Assembly: GCF_006345805.1 (NCBI RefSeq)
Contig: NW_021832839.1
Coordinates: 33,437 to 97,436, forward strand
Reading direction: 5' to 3'
DNA: 64,000 bases
Origin: Octopus sinensis
Lineage: Eukaryota
Part shown: in pieces, positions 38,001 through 53,346 of the stretch
How positions within the stretch are numbered: the stretch's first letter is position 1
Layout: each line of letters opens with the position of its first letter
Notes under the pieces: model-generated
Seen by the model: only the letters and a program-made list of their open reading frames with translations
Database searches by the model: none
Told to the model about the DNA's origin: nothing
Position numbers and translations under genes: made by a program

Positions 38001-38692
38001 TATTGACTGGTCTGTCCACGAGGGGTACGTTCTAACCACCCTTCGTTCTATTCTTCTTATTCAGTTGATTGTCCAAGCACTGGTGCCATACGAGAGGAGT
38101 ATTCTGAGTATTCCCAACATTGATCATTCGAATGTCGCCTTTTTCATGTTTGTCATTCCATTCATTACTTCTAGGCAGTGTTTCAAAGGAAGAACTGAAC
38201 TGCCTATTCTGTTTGAGTGTTTAAAGACAGACCGACATCATTTTGTCGAGTTGGTGGGCAATTGTTTGTCTCAAAGCAAATGTGTCAAGGCAATCGAGTT
38301 CATCGAGCGCCTCCCAATTGTGGAGACAATCATACGAGTGAATAACACTCCACTGATGGAGGGAGGAGTGTCTGTTGTACATGGAGACGAGTGTGTTCTC
38401 CGTGTTAAACTTTATAACATTAACCGACTTGTATTTTCTGTCATATTGACTGTAGGTTCCTGGGTTGGAGATGTTTAGTCCTCGCATCGGTAAGCCAAAG
38501 AGTGGTGGCTGGTTTCTTTTATTAGTGGATGGAACGAGGGGGACTGTTCTCGGTGTTAAACGGGAGAGGTATGTCAGTGAAACAGCCTCGGTTATGTTTA
38601 CTGTCAAGAATAAGCATTCTGTCTTGTACGTATTGAGTGATACTTTTGTGGGGATTGACCAGCAGTATGATATATTCGTGGAGTATCACTAG
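32027..38692 (+). CDS. ASCC3: ASCC3 (Ski2-like dual-cassette helicase), many tiny introns, two apparent frameshifts near 36.65-36.75 kb
   Basis: Two APTG(A/S)GKT motifs, DELQ and DEIH, two TLAWGVN, GRAGRPQ(Y/F)D, Sec63 PVRHNED and [10 protein letters not shown]. Confidence 0.93.
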
Positions 38693-39263
38693 TTGTGACT
38701 TATCATTTATATTACATTTACTTGCTTTCTTTGTATTTAGAGCTGGCCTTAGCATTATATCTGAGAATTTAGGTTTGCCACTTGGAAAACTGGTAGACTA
38801 TTTTGCTCAAATTGTATTAAAATTCACCAAAATCCAATTTTAATGAGATATTTTCACCAAAAATCTAAAAACTTTCTTTTAAAATAAATGTTTATAAATG
38901 TTGCTACACTATTGACACGCCTTTTTAACTTTCAGCCTCCCAAAGGATAAAAAAGCAATTAAGTTGAATTTCAATTTCTGAAACGAGTGGTGTCATAGGT
39001 TTCTTTCTGAGATCGGAGCAAGGATTTTTACCAAGAGTTATGATCTTCGTAAAATCAAAGCGTTGTCCCAAAAAATTCAGTTACAATTCTTTGGAGTAAT
39101 TCAAGCTTATCTTTTCGCAAACTCTATCTTTAATACTTATATTATTCATATTAATTAGTTAATAAGTTCCAAAAAATATTTAAATGGTATTAAAAACAAT
39201 AAAAAGAATTTATTTACAAGTATGATTTGTATTTAAATTACTAATTGCCACGGTGTGAACAAA

Positions 39264-41999
<2,736 letters not shown>

Positions 42000-43008
42000 A
42001 TTTTTCAAGATTATAAATAAGATTATAATGAGTATTTCGTGATTCGCGTTGTTAATTTTAGGAATACTCCTTATATTTTCTAAGATATAACATCCGCCTG
42101 GAATCTGTCATTTGAACTATATTTATTTCAAAATAATTTTAATACCTCGGAAAATTTAAAAATTTCAGTCTTTTAATTTGCTGAATAATTGGGAGTTTCA
42201 TATGGAAATAGAATTCACTACACTTTTTACCAAGTTTTGTATTCCCCAGTGACATTTTTGGCGAATAGAATTTGTCAGTCTTCATCTTATTTTATTGTTC
42301 AATCAGATAGCTAATTTTTGTTTAGGTTATTGGATAAATACTTTAGTTAAGTGTAGTAATATACCGATCATCAATAGTTATAAATTGATTCGCTTTTTTC
42401 ATATGTTTATATTTTTCGATTTAAATGTATTTGTTACTGGTTGGGGCAGTAGTACAAGATTTTAGTATTTACTATCATTTTCAAGTTACCTAAGGATAGA
42501 AATTATAAATATATAACATCATTTTCTTAAAATGAATTATTTGCCTTTATGCCAAGTGAGAAAGTTGCCACACTGGTCGCCAAAATAGAGACAAGACTAT
42601 TAGCATGGTTTGAAAATGGAAATAAATTTGCTTACTTGGGATAGAAAAGAAACTAAGGCAAGGTTTCTAACAAGTGGATTGTTCTAAATACAAGTTCTTG
42701 TGAGGTTATAAAGTCCCAAAGACAACAGTCCTGCCCCATATCGTTAGGAACGGGCATCCACGACACCCGATCAAACAACATGCTTTTCCAAACTATTATA
42801 ATTTTCCGAATAGTGAAAATAGATGATCTCAGATTAAACACGGTGAATAACAAACACGTAACCACAATTTGAAGATTATATAAATATGTTAAATACAATA
42901 TATTTTTTACTTCAAATTAAATTTTTATAATTAAATATAACTTTCTGTTTTAAATAAAATCATTAAATTAAAACGTGCAGTTATTGTGTTTTCAGCTTAT
43001 AACAAAAA

Positions 43009-44888
43009 ATGGAAAAACTGCAAAAAAAGAGAATCAAAAATTCAAAATAGGATAACAATCTCCAAGTAAAAAGAAATTCAAATCGCAGTGATGATCTAGT
43101 ATGCTGATTAAACCATTTTTCCAGAACAACTTTATCACAATGTGCAATGACTTCTACGCAGCTTCCAACAACAAAATGGAGAACAAAAACGACTGCAATT
43201 ATGAAGGTCGTCACAATAAACTTATTAAAGATTCTAATGAGGAGATAATTGCCCGAATAATCCACAAAATCTACCCTTTGGCAGTAAAACTGTTCAAAAT
43301 CGACACATTTTATGAGCACATGAACATAAACAACCTCAAATCCTTGCTGACCAGGTCCTCGGGGGTCAGGGATGCTCTCAAATCCTACCTATCCGCCATA
43401 ATCTCGGTAAAATAACAAATAACACAAAAGCTAATGGAAAACTCGAAAAATAATGAGAATTTGGAAGTCTATTTAAAACATTGCTGGCAATTTTCTTGTT
43501 TTTTTGTAATTTTCAAAAAACTGCCTGATTTATTGCTTAAAGTGAGGATAATCGGTTTATTTTAGATTGTTGTTAACTTTTGGGGGACCATCGACGTGGA
43601 AGCCGTCAGAGTTCGAGCATTCTTGTTGGGACATCGCCTCGTCCGCCTCGGAAACCAAGACTTTTGTAAAAAAGCCTTAAAAGTATATAAAACACAAAAA
43701 AGTAGAAATTTACGGCATGTTATGTTCAAAACAGTAAATTTGTAAATGAACGTTCCCTTCCCTTCATCAATTTCATGATGAGGTCCCTCTGCGAGTTGTT
43801 TGCTCTCGATCACGTCCTTGCCTATCAGTATACATTCGTGTATGTCAGACAAATGGCAATCAGACTGCGGACTGCTACAATTGGCCACGACTCAGTTTAT
43901 TGGTCGTTTTATTTGGTAGAAAGATCTTGAGGTTGTCCGTGGTTGGCAATTTGTGTGTTCTCTCCGTCTTTGGACTCGAGTTGTGTCTTGTTGGTGTTCG
44001 GCTAAAGTCTCGTCCAGTCAGGAAATGAAACTGTTAGTGCACCCATTAGTTCAGATCATAACTTGTACTATAAAGTAAGGTCAGTGTGATCTACCAGGCT
44101 GTTCAATTCTGTTCGTTATGTGCCACTGAGGTTACATTTGGTGGATTTACTGAATGAACTAAGCAGAGCGAGTGGGTTGTTTATTCCAACCCTCGGACTT
44201 GTTTTGGAGGTATTTCTTGTGTTGGATGTGAGGTGTTTGATTTGGTCGATTTTAATAAACGGCAATCAAGTTCGTCGGTCAAGAAATTTGATTTGTGTGG
44301 AATGATTCATTTTTCTGACCAACAAATGAAAGAAAAGGTGTTTTTGGAGTGTATTGCCGACTGCATTGAGATGGGGATTGTTGAGTCTCTTCACATCCAC
44401 CAACAGTCCATGGGATTCCCCGAATTGGTTGTTCCTTTGACGATGAAGGTTATTTCGTGTTTTTACGGATTAGATTCGGAAATTTTTGAAGAGATGTCGT
44501 GTTCCCAACTATTTCCGTCGAATAAAAAGCTTGCTTGGGAAAATTGAGGAGAACTCGTCCTTTATTGCACACAGACGGACGTCTAAACCTCGATTTGATG
44601 TCAGGACTGTTTTTTATTTGTAGAGTGATAATACATTGGTCGAATTGAGTCCTTTTTCTACTTTTTATGAGCAATGGAAGAAGGAACGTGGCGATAAAGC
44701 TCACGATTTTGATGAAAAGAAATTGGTTTTCCATTATTTGTAATCAGCAGACTCGTTTTGAGAAGCAAGTCACGGGGAAGAGGAAAGTGGGTGGTAATAC
44801 CTCTCTTTCTACAAGAAATAAGAAGGCTAGATTAGATGTTAAGTTGGAGTTGAATGATTCTGATATTTTGGTGAATGTTAAAGAATAA
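43009..44888 (+). CDS. NOC2L: Nucleolar complex protein 2 homolog
   Basis: WQFVCSLRLW, LVHPLVQI, YVPLRLH..GLFIP and MGFPELVVP; start approximate. Confidence 0.8.
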
Positions 44889-45659
44889 TTTGCTGTTGCT
44901 TTTATTGAACTGCTTCTTTCGAATAGATAGTTGTATTTAACATGTGGGGTGATTTTATTTGGCTTTTTCTGTTTTCTGGTTTGAGAGGGAATAATAGTAT
45001 GATTCATTCAAAAAAAATAAAGAGAATGATCAAACACTCTAGGTACAATGAATTTTTCATCATCGTTCTCGACCTTCTCGCTACCTTGACATTTCTAAAG
45101 ACTCTCTGATCACAGAATGCCGTTTGTCCGTTATATGGATAAAATCAATGACGTGGCAGCAAACAACTCGGCATTGCTTTAAAATAGTCTGCTTTCATAA
45201 AGACTCACTCGTCGTTGAACACCAGAGATCTATCTGTCATATGGGTCTCACGATTAATGAGAACCCGAGTTATTTATATCTCAAAATAAAGGAAAAAACC
45301 ATAACATTCCTCTGTTTCTAAGATATGAATCTGGACCCGAAAATCTTTATTTTTTCCTATCCCACAGTTCTCTTTCCCAGGCTTCTGTTTGGTCTGGCAC
45401 TACTCTAAGCAGTACTAGAATATTGGCTCAAAGTGAAAAAAATTGCCGTTACTCGCCGCACTTGAACGGGAAGAGCGAGACGCCGTCCGGCCTCTTGCCA
45501 TCGCCCCTGTTAAGGCCAGAGGGCTCCAGCTGGCACGGGATGCCGGTTGCCTCGAGCAGACGCTTTATTATGGAATTAAGCTGTCCGTGCCTGGGGAACC
45601 TCCCAGGGCATTTGGGGCAGGAGAGCGGGTGTAGACCTTTGCTTTTCTAAAACAAAAAT

Positions 45660-46102
45660 CTCCAATGTCCACTTCAATTCATAGAACTAAAAAACGACGA
45701 AGAACTGAAAATAAAATTTAAAAATGAAAACCTGACACAATTCTGGGGATAAAAATCTATAAAAATGAAATTCTCGAAATTATGGGAAAAAATGATGCCA
45801 ATAATATTATGTTTTCCTACGTCATACTGCGTAGAGAGAGGATTCAGCACTCTGAATAGTATGCTCGGAAAAAAAAGAAACAAACTAAATATAGAAGAAA
45901 GAGGCGACATTAGAATTACACTTACGAAAAGAAGTACAAATTTTAAAAAACTTGTCAATCTTCATCAACCACAAGGATCTCATTAAAACTCTTATTTTTT
46001 AAATAAAAATTTTTACTAATGAAATAAGGGGGCGATATAAAAATTGGAGGGGCGAAAAAAAATCCAAGGGGGCGATACAAAAATAAAGGTTGAGAACCAC
46101 TG
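45660..46102 (+). mobile_element. hAT/Buster 3' fragment with right TIR
   Basis: FPTSYCVERGFS...HQPQGSH*, ggggcga subterminal repeats, TIR ggttgagaaccactg 46088-46102. Confidence 0.85.
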
Positions 46103-46689
46103 AGTTAGTTAATGGATAATAGCAAATGCAACAAGTGATTGGCTTTGGAAAAGGAAATGTTTATCCAAGAAGTGAAGCACTGTATTCTTTATTCCAAAAT
46201 ACCAACTTGTTTTTTAACTAAGGGAAAATTATATAACCACTTTATGAGAACAAAAAAACTTGGTGGTTATTTCCCGTTATTTTCTCTGGTAAAAACCATA
46301 TTATTCTCAAACAGATAACAAGTGAATTAATTAGTTTTAAATTGACTGCCTTTAATTAGCCATTAAGTTGTTTTAGAATTATATAAACTATAATTCGATT
46401 AGTGCCGCCCATGTAAGATCATTGAAAACTAGTTTTCCAACTATCTCATGTTTGGTGTGAGCGTTTCATCGTCCTTTACTGTTATTTTCATTGGGTCATT
46501 TTAGATAATTATTTATTTTACTTTGATTCTTTGTTTAACATTCAGCTATCAGAATAGATTTAAGATTTGTGAAATGTGTTTAAACATTTTCTCATCTAAA
46601 ATTTAAAGCGAAATTTCATGAGTTATTATTTTTTTCTGGCATGATTATCTACTAAACCAATCAAGGATTTAATCAAGTTTAAATAAAAA

Positions 46690-47725
46690 ATGATGAAATG
46701 AGTGGACAATCGTATTCAAGGAGTATTAAATAGTGGTGGGAGGATACCACAATGTCATGGGTCAGTCAGCCTGTCTTTATCAAGTAAACGATAACTTTGC
46801 TCAGAATTCGTTCAATAAAAAGATAGCCAGGCACTCTTTTTAATGTGAGCAAATAAAATCAATGTGGCCAATTTCTCGTTAAAGAGTCCGTTCATTTAAA
46901 GAATCTCCTTCCCCGTGACTATTATTGTTTTTCAGCCTTGCGATATTCGACATTTCTGAATAATTTGACTTGTTTAAGTGTCTCAAAGTGAAGGTTAAAA
47001 ACAATCTCAGCCTTAAATCTGCTTTGGAGGATATCGAGAGCCTTGTCGTTGAGTGACTGTCTATCTGTAGAGAGGTAGTTAATCATTTAGGAACCTTGAT
47101 TTGCAGCTGTGTTCTTACGTGGCGTAATTCTATGTGCTGTTTAACCCGTCAAAACTCCGTTGACAACTCTAGAAGTTGATGTTGGTGACTATACTCCCAA
47201 TGTTCCCCACGTTGGTTACAAAGATGAGGACCTCGATTAAAAAATCAATGACCACAAAAAATGTTCAAAATTAGTGACAGGTCAAGGGACTTGTCCAATA
47301 TTAGTCAAAATGAGAGTAAAGGTGTATATATATCAACTGGCTCACACATACCCATCGGGCAGAATAAAATCCAATCGAATTGCTCACTGAGAAGTACACA
47401 CAGGCATTTCAGTAGATAATTATCAAAATGTAAGAGACCAGTCTAACCAAGAAACTTAGTTTTGTTCTCCACCACTTAAAGTATTTGACATGTATTTATA
47501 GAATTCTCTTTCCTTGCATCTCGGGAAAGTAGTCGTCGGACAGTCCTCCATAAAAGTAGTGGACGGGGATCATTGAGATGATTTCAAATTTAAACTGGAA
47601 TGTCGCCCTGTACTTTATTCCCAACTTTTTAGGTCAGTTGACTTCATCACGAAGAGACGGACTTGCAATCACTTTGCAAATAAAGGAAGTCGTGGATAGA
47701 TGGAAAAGATTATTTAATTAATAAA
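46690..47725 (+). pseudogene. Possible intron-rich gene or pseudogene of unknown function
   Basis: Gene-like composition and several ~20-25 nt GT..AG segments, but no clean spliced ORF found by eye. Confidence 0.25.
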
Positions 47726-48170
47726 TATTTACTTATTTAAATTTGTCGTTAAAAGAATTAAATCAATTATTCATATTTAAAGATTTGTTACATATCAGTA
47801 ATTTAGGTTTGTTGTGCCGAAATTAATTTCAGGTTCTTACATATTCGATTGGAGCAAAAAGATCATTAAAAGTGATCTTTCAAAGTGATCTTTTATCAAA
47901 TGCTCAGACTAATTGTAAGTTCATTTTGCTGATATGATTCCTCATGATTTGTAAAAACCATTTCTATTTTTCCTAACTTTTCGTGTAATTGATTGAAAAC
48001 ATTTGGGACAAAGATAAGTGACAAGATTACGAACATGACTCCCCATTAAACTTAATTTATATTGCAATAATAAAGTTATTAAATGCGAATTCTTGACATA
48101 GTTCCTGATTAAGCCATTTGATTTTTTAAAATATCAGTTCAAAAGTATTAAAAATAAATATTAACACAAG

Positions 48171-49325
48171 ACTCTTTTTAGCAGCCTGGGCAACCCACAT
48201 ATTGTCGTTATCAACGCCAATGGCTGAAGAGTTTGCTATGGCCGTTGTGGGTTCGAATCCCAATGAGGCCACTTTCTAGGTGGGGTCAATTCTGGCTAAC
48301 GTTTCCTTACCCGTGAGTTGACGAGTCTTTGTGGGATGACACAGTTGTTGAGTGGAGATCTCCAACCTTTCCAGACCTTAGCGTGGAGTTTGGGTTCACC
48401 AAGTCAGTTGGAACTTTCGGAAGTTTCAATTTGATTTCTAAAAGTTCAGGGGGCACTTAATACCCACCGAAAAAGGACTTCTAGAACTCTGACCCAGGGA
48501 ATATCGTCTTCTCAAGTCGATCACTTTCTGCAGGATCAAACTTTTTCGGAGGATCTTGGTCGCTTGCAAAGTGTATCGGGGATTATAATTAACTGGTTTA
48601 CCCTTTGGTCAACTTAATAAATAACGTGGTTGAAGTATTGGAATAACTCAGAATGATTATTATCATATTTGAAGGATAGGAATTTCTTTCAATAGTCAAC
48701 AGAAACATCGGAGTGTAAAATATCGAAGGTCTGCATTAAAGTGGATACCCCAATAAGCACCTCGATTGTTACTCGAGATTGTGGTCCACGAAAAGGATAT
48801 TACGGAGATCGTTATCGTGGAGGTGAAATCACGTGACTAGACTGTTTGCAGACAGTAAAAGGAGGAAGCGAGCTAGGGCTGATTCACTAAAGTCCATGTC
48901 ATTTTGTGTGTGATGACATGGGATGGACTGATCACTAAATACCACATTGGGTGTAGATAAGTCGTTACAGGCATATTGGCAGTCAGCTGTACTTAAGATA
49001 ACTCTGGAGAGTATTTCGTTTGATGCTGTTCTTTCCTGACATTTAGTCGGCGATAGGCGCTGGATCGCATCTTCTCGGAAGTTTTAAAATCCCGAGAAGA
49101 GGAGGAAATTGGTGTAGTTCGTTTGATCTCTACCGGATACCTCTTGAATGGCAAATCCGTCCGGATCGGGATTTTTGGATCTCAAAGGATTTTTGGATCT
49201 GCTTGTTGATGCGAGAAAGTTGTCGATTCTAAGTACGTGACTTTCTCTCTTGCAAATTATGTACGGGTAGATTCTCCATTCACCCAGGTTAGACTTCGCT
49301 CTTTTCAAACACCTTAATGTTGGGT
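48171..49325 (+). ncRNA. Candidate structured non-coding RNA or SINE-like element
   Basis: GC-richer than its flanks, no recognisable ORF, B-box ggttcgaatccc 48250-48261, many hairpins. Confidence 0.35.
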
Positions 49326-49559
49326 GTATTTACGAATCGTATTTGAAATATAGTACATTTAATGAATAATCTGCAGGTACAAACTCGGAGAGGAAATAAC
49401 GAATCATTTTCCAACATGGATGAGTGTGCCCATCGAAGAGATTGGCTTTGCCTGGAAAAAGAAGAGAATCAACTGAGAAAAGAAGCATTAATTAAAAATT
49501 AAACATTACTCGTTGTTCTGTTCAATAAATCAGATATTTCAAGTCGATCTAATAATATT

Positions 49560-49700
49560 TTGTTTGAAAATCTAAATAAAAGTAATTTTGAAGTGATCAA
49601 AAAACTAGAAGAAATTTTTATGGAGTACGGCCCATGTAAATATTTGCAATCGGAGAACGGCACAGAGTTCAAGAACATTTATATTACGTAAAAAAACATA
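49560..49700 (+). mobile_element. rve integrase relic (Ginger/Gypsy-like)
   Basis: LEEIFMEYGPCKYLQSENGTEFKN (GxPxxLQSDNGxEF). Confidence 0.65.
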
Positions 49701-50056
49701 TAGAGAAAAAAATATACTTCCTACCTTCAATTGATGTCACAATTATCGAAGAATGTCCGCCTAAAAAACATCCAGTTATTGAAACCCCACAATAAATGTC
49801 AGTTGATGGTATGTTTAAACGTTTATTTAACTTTTTAGGGGAGCAGATAGAGATAAGTACAGCAGAGAAAAAAAATCAACAAATTGTGATCATCTTCTCA
49901 TTTATAGACATTATTCCTTGCTACCTATTTTCTTTTGTGAATTCTGTCTTTTTCCATCTGCTGAATATTTCGAAATGATTGAATTTTATTTTGCCCTCAA
50001 AGTTTGAACTGCATCTGGTCTTGTCGTCCCGAGGAAATTCTGATCAAACAATAGTA

Positions 50057-50870
50057 CAGTGCTGGTGGAAAAAAACCGGTTTTGCAGTTACTAAGTTTTT
50101 TTGGCAGATAGCATTCAATTTTCCAACTGAATTGAACTCTTTGGAGTTTATTAGATTTATAATTTTTTTTGTTTATAAAAAATTTCATTAATCGTTTAAA
50201 ATTTTGAAGATTTAAATTTTTGCGTGTGAATAAAAAACCGATTTGATTTATTGAATGATATTTTATTTGTTGAATTTTAAGTTTTATAAGCAAATGTTAA
50301 ATGCAATAATTAAAGGAAAGATCCTTGCTCTTTTTGAGTTAAATTGGACGATAAAAGATATCGCAAAACATCTAAATACTTTAAAATCGACAATCAGAGA
50401 TTTTTTCCGAAAATTCAAAAAATATGGAATTGCTGATAGGATTTCTGATTCCGGACGTCATAGAAAGCTTCAGAAAACAGACATTGAAATCCTATTACAT
50501 CGATCCAAAAAAATCTTCTACCACGTTGAGAAATGAAATAAAACATTTAACTGGTAAGAGTGTCTGTAGAAAGACAATTGGAACTTATTTAAATTCAAAT
50601 TTTCTCTTCGGAAGAGTATGTCAACGTAAACCGTTGCTTTCGAAGAAAAACATAATAAAAAGATGTGAATTGTCAAAAATTTTTATTCGGATGAACAATG
50701 ACGCATGGAAAACTATTATTTTCTCTGATGAAGCATCTTTTCAGATTTTTATAAACAAAAAAATTATAAATTTAATAAACTCCAAAGAGTTCAATTCAGT
50801 TGGAAAATTGAATGCTATCTGCCAAAAAAACTTAGTAACTGCAAAACCGGTTTTTTTTCCACCAGCACTG
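50057..50870 (+). mobile_element. Tc1/mariner element, internally deleted, ~125-bp TIRs
   Basis: TA|cagtgctggtgg...ccaccagcactg|TA; HTH (IAKHLN..SGRHRK), RKPLL and IIFSDEASF running directly into the right TIR. Confidence 0.93.
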
Positions 50871-51499
50871 TATTTCCAATGATATTCGAACGCTTTAAAG
50901 ATTATTTTCATCATCTTTGGCTAAATCATTAATCTAAATTTAATAATCTTCTAATTTTATGCATCCGTTGTTTGCAAACAATCGAAGTTATCATTAGTTA
51001 GTTAATAGCACTTCCGATTGTCATAAGCACATAAGTGTCTCATGCCGTACTCTCAACTATCATTCCGGTCAGTCTTTTCTAACCGGCCTTGTTACTCGCG
51101 CGTAGAACAAGCTATCATTTCGATTCGCGAAATCTTTCTATAAAAAGGCTATTTAAAAAAGCTACTAATTCCTTAAATGTCGGAGTCTTAATTTCAGACT
51201 CAGAACGTTATATGACATGTGGATATCTATTTCATTAATTGTAGCTGGGAATTCGTTAAGAATCTTTTATCAAAATCTTGAAAAATTTTAAATAATAGGT
51301 ACTATTTTCACTGTTTCATGAAAAATAAATTAATTTTAGCTCATTAGATAAAGAGTCGCATTTTCTAATTTTATTTGATTTCCACATGCTGTAAATTTTG
51401 AAATGATGAATCGAAATTTCAGCTAAAAAATGATTTCTTGTTAATTGAACAGGAACAAATCAAATTTATTTTTATTCTGTTTAAATAAATGTGTCATTA

Positions 51500-51618
51500 T
51501 CGCACGATCATGCTTAGTCGTAAATACCCGTTCCCATCCGAACACGGCAGTTAAGCGATTACAGGCTGTTCTAGTACTTGGCTGGGTGACCGCCTGGGAA
51601 CAAACAGTGTCGTACAAT
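51500..51618 (+). rRNA. 5S rRNA gene, single copy, possibly a pseudogene
   Basis: agttaagc (box A), tagtacttggctgggtgaccgcctgggaa (box C region), ~119 nt followed by a T5 terminator. Confidence 0.88.
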
Positions 51619-52260
51619 TTTTCTATTAAATTAAATATGTATTTTTTCGAATATAGATGTATAGTATGAAGAACATTTATAAATAATTTTATATCATTTG
51701 GTGGCTCTTTAAGTCTTGACTCAATTTTATTATTTTTTTACCATTATTTGTTTTTATATATGATTTTTGTAAAATTATGTAAAATTTTACATATTCAGTC
51801 GTAAATCTTGCATATACGATATAGAATGTATTACAAGCTTCGTATAAAAATGACTCTTTCAGAGGACCACGTAAGAAATCGAAAATCGTAAAATACTGGG
51901 ACTTCTGATTGATATTCATAGCCGCAGAGATTGGCGGTATTCTTTGAACGTTGGCAATTCATATATTTTATTCAATAAAGAATGACAAATTGTCCAATTT
52001 CGATAAAATGTATTTAAGGGCTTATATTGGGACTCTCCAAAAAGCAAATTATTTTATGGCGTGGTTTCAAGACACTACTTTTCATGGTTTAAAATGAGTT
52101 TACATTGCGTTTCACAACGCTTGCTAACAAAGAATTGTTCTGGAAAATCTCACAAAAATCAAATAAATTGTCTAAAAACTAGAAATAGGCAATTTCTTAA
52201 ATAAATGTAGCAAGACAGTCTATATATTAGCACATTTAATGCCAAATCAAATATTTCACA

Positions 52261-53346
52261 TCACAAATCACAAAAATGATCGTCCACAACACTCCCATCC
52301 ACACTAAACATATTTCTCAACACAATAATTTCCGACTAAAAATAAACAAAGCCAAATAACCATCAAAGCACGATTTTCCGCCACAAGCTTCTCATTCTCG
52401 CTTTGCTGCCTCTGAATAACCTCCGCCTGCGACTCAATCATGCAATTACTGTGGACCAAACTATCCTTCAAAACCTTAAGACTCAAAACCAGTCGAAACC
52501 TCCACGAAATCCTCACTTCTTCCGCTTTTTGAGGGAGAAATCGACTATTTTATTAACAAAACTAAACTCGATCCTTCAATGACGAATTTGCCCTCACAAA
52601 TTCACAATTTTGGAAGAACTGATCTTTCTGGCTAATCTGGGCACTCATCAGCAAAATGATCTCGTCTTTGGAGGTCACAGAAGCACGAAGAGACCTGATT
52701 TCGTCCACAGCTTGTTCGCCTTGTGGGGAAATATTCCAAAACATACATTTATGTGTGAGACTAATCCTCTGTTGTTCTAATTTTTGCAAATCTAAGGCGT
52801 GGGTCATTTGTTTGTGTTGTATTTGTTCAATCAGGCGGTCGACTTTGATCTTGAGGTTTTTGGAAATGACTGCTTGGTCCTCGAATTGGCTGTTTCTCAG
52901 TTCGAGATCTGCACATTTGATTTGCGAGTTTTTCAGACTGTCGAGAAGAATTTTGTTCTCATTTTCGAGGGATTTTGTTGTGCTTTCGTGCTGAAGCTGC
53001 ACGTGAATAAACACAAAATACCAAAACGTTGGCGAATTTGAAGGATTCGAGTTCCCTGTCTCTTTGGAACATGATTTTTTCATCTTGGTGGTTTTTTGAA
53101 ATTTTTTCGACTGTTTTTCGTTCGTCTCTCTAAAAAGATAATATTTATAATAAATGATACAAGTATATTTTCAAGTTCGTGTTTTTTCTCTAATAGTGAC
53201 TTGAGTTGGGATTCCTGCTGTTGTTGTGTGAACTACAAATTAGACGAAAGAGCTTTTTGTACTCTGCGGTGCTGGAGTTCTTCGATAATTTCAGTTATTT
53301 TTGATTTTAGGTTATTATAAGTATGATTTAAATTTTCTTCTCCCAT
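52261..53346 (-). CDS. Coiled-coil protein, CCDC73-like N-terminus
   Basis: LKSKITEIIEELQHRR..ESQLKSLLEKKHEL resembles CCDC73 FKTSLLEALEELRMRR..EEQIGKIIVETQEL; long heptad pattern. Confidence 0.55.

Noticed and set aside
48221-48271. tRNA gene suggested by ggttcgaatccc
   Set aside because: No D arm, anticodon arm or acceptor stem at tRNA spacing; kept only as part of the larger structured block
48224-48310. Hammerhead (ctgaaga) or HDV-like ribozyme
   Set aside because: No GAAA after a stem II and no room for HDV P2; the cores are incomplete
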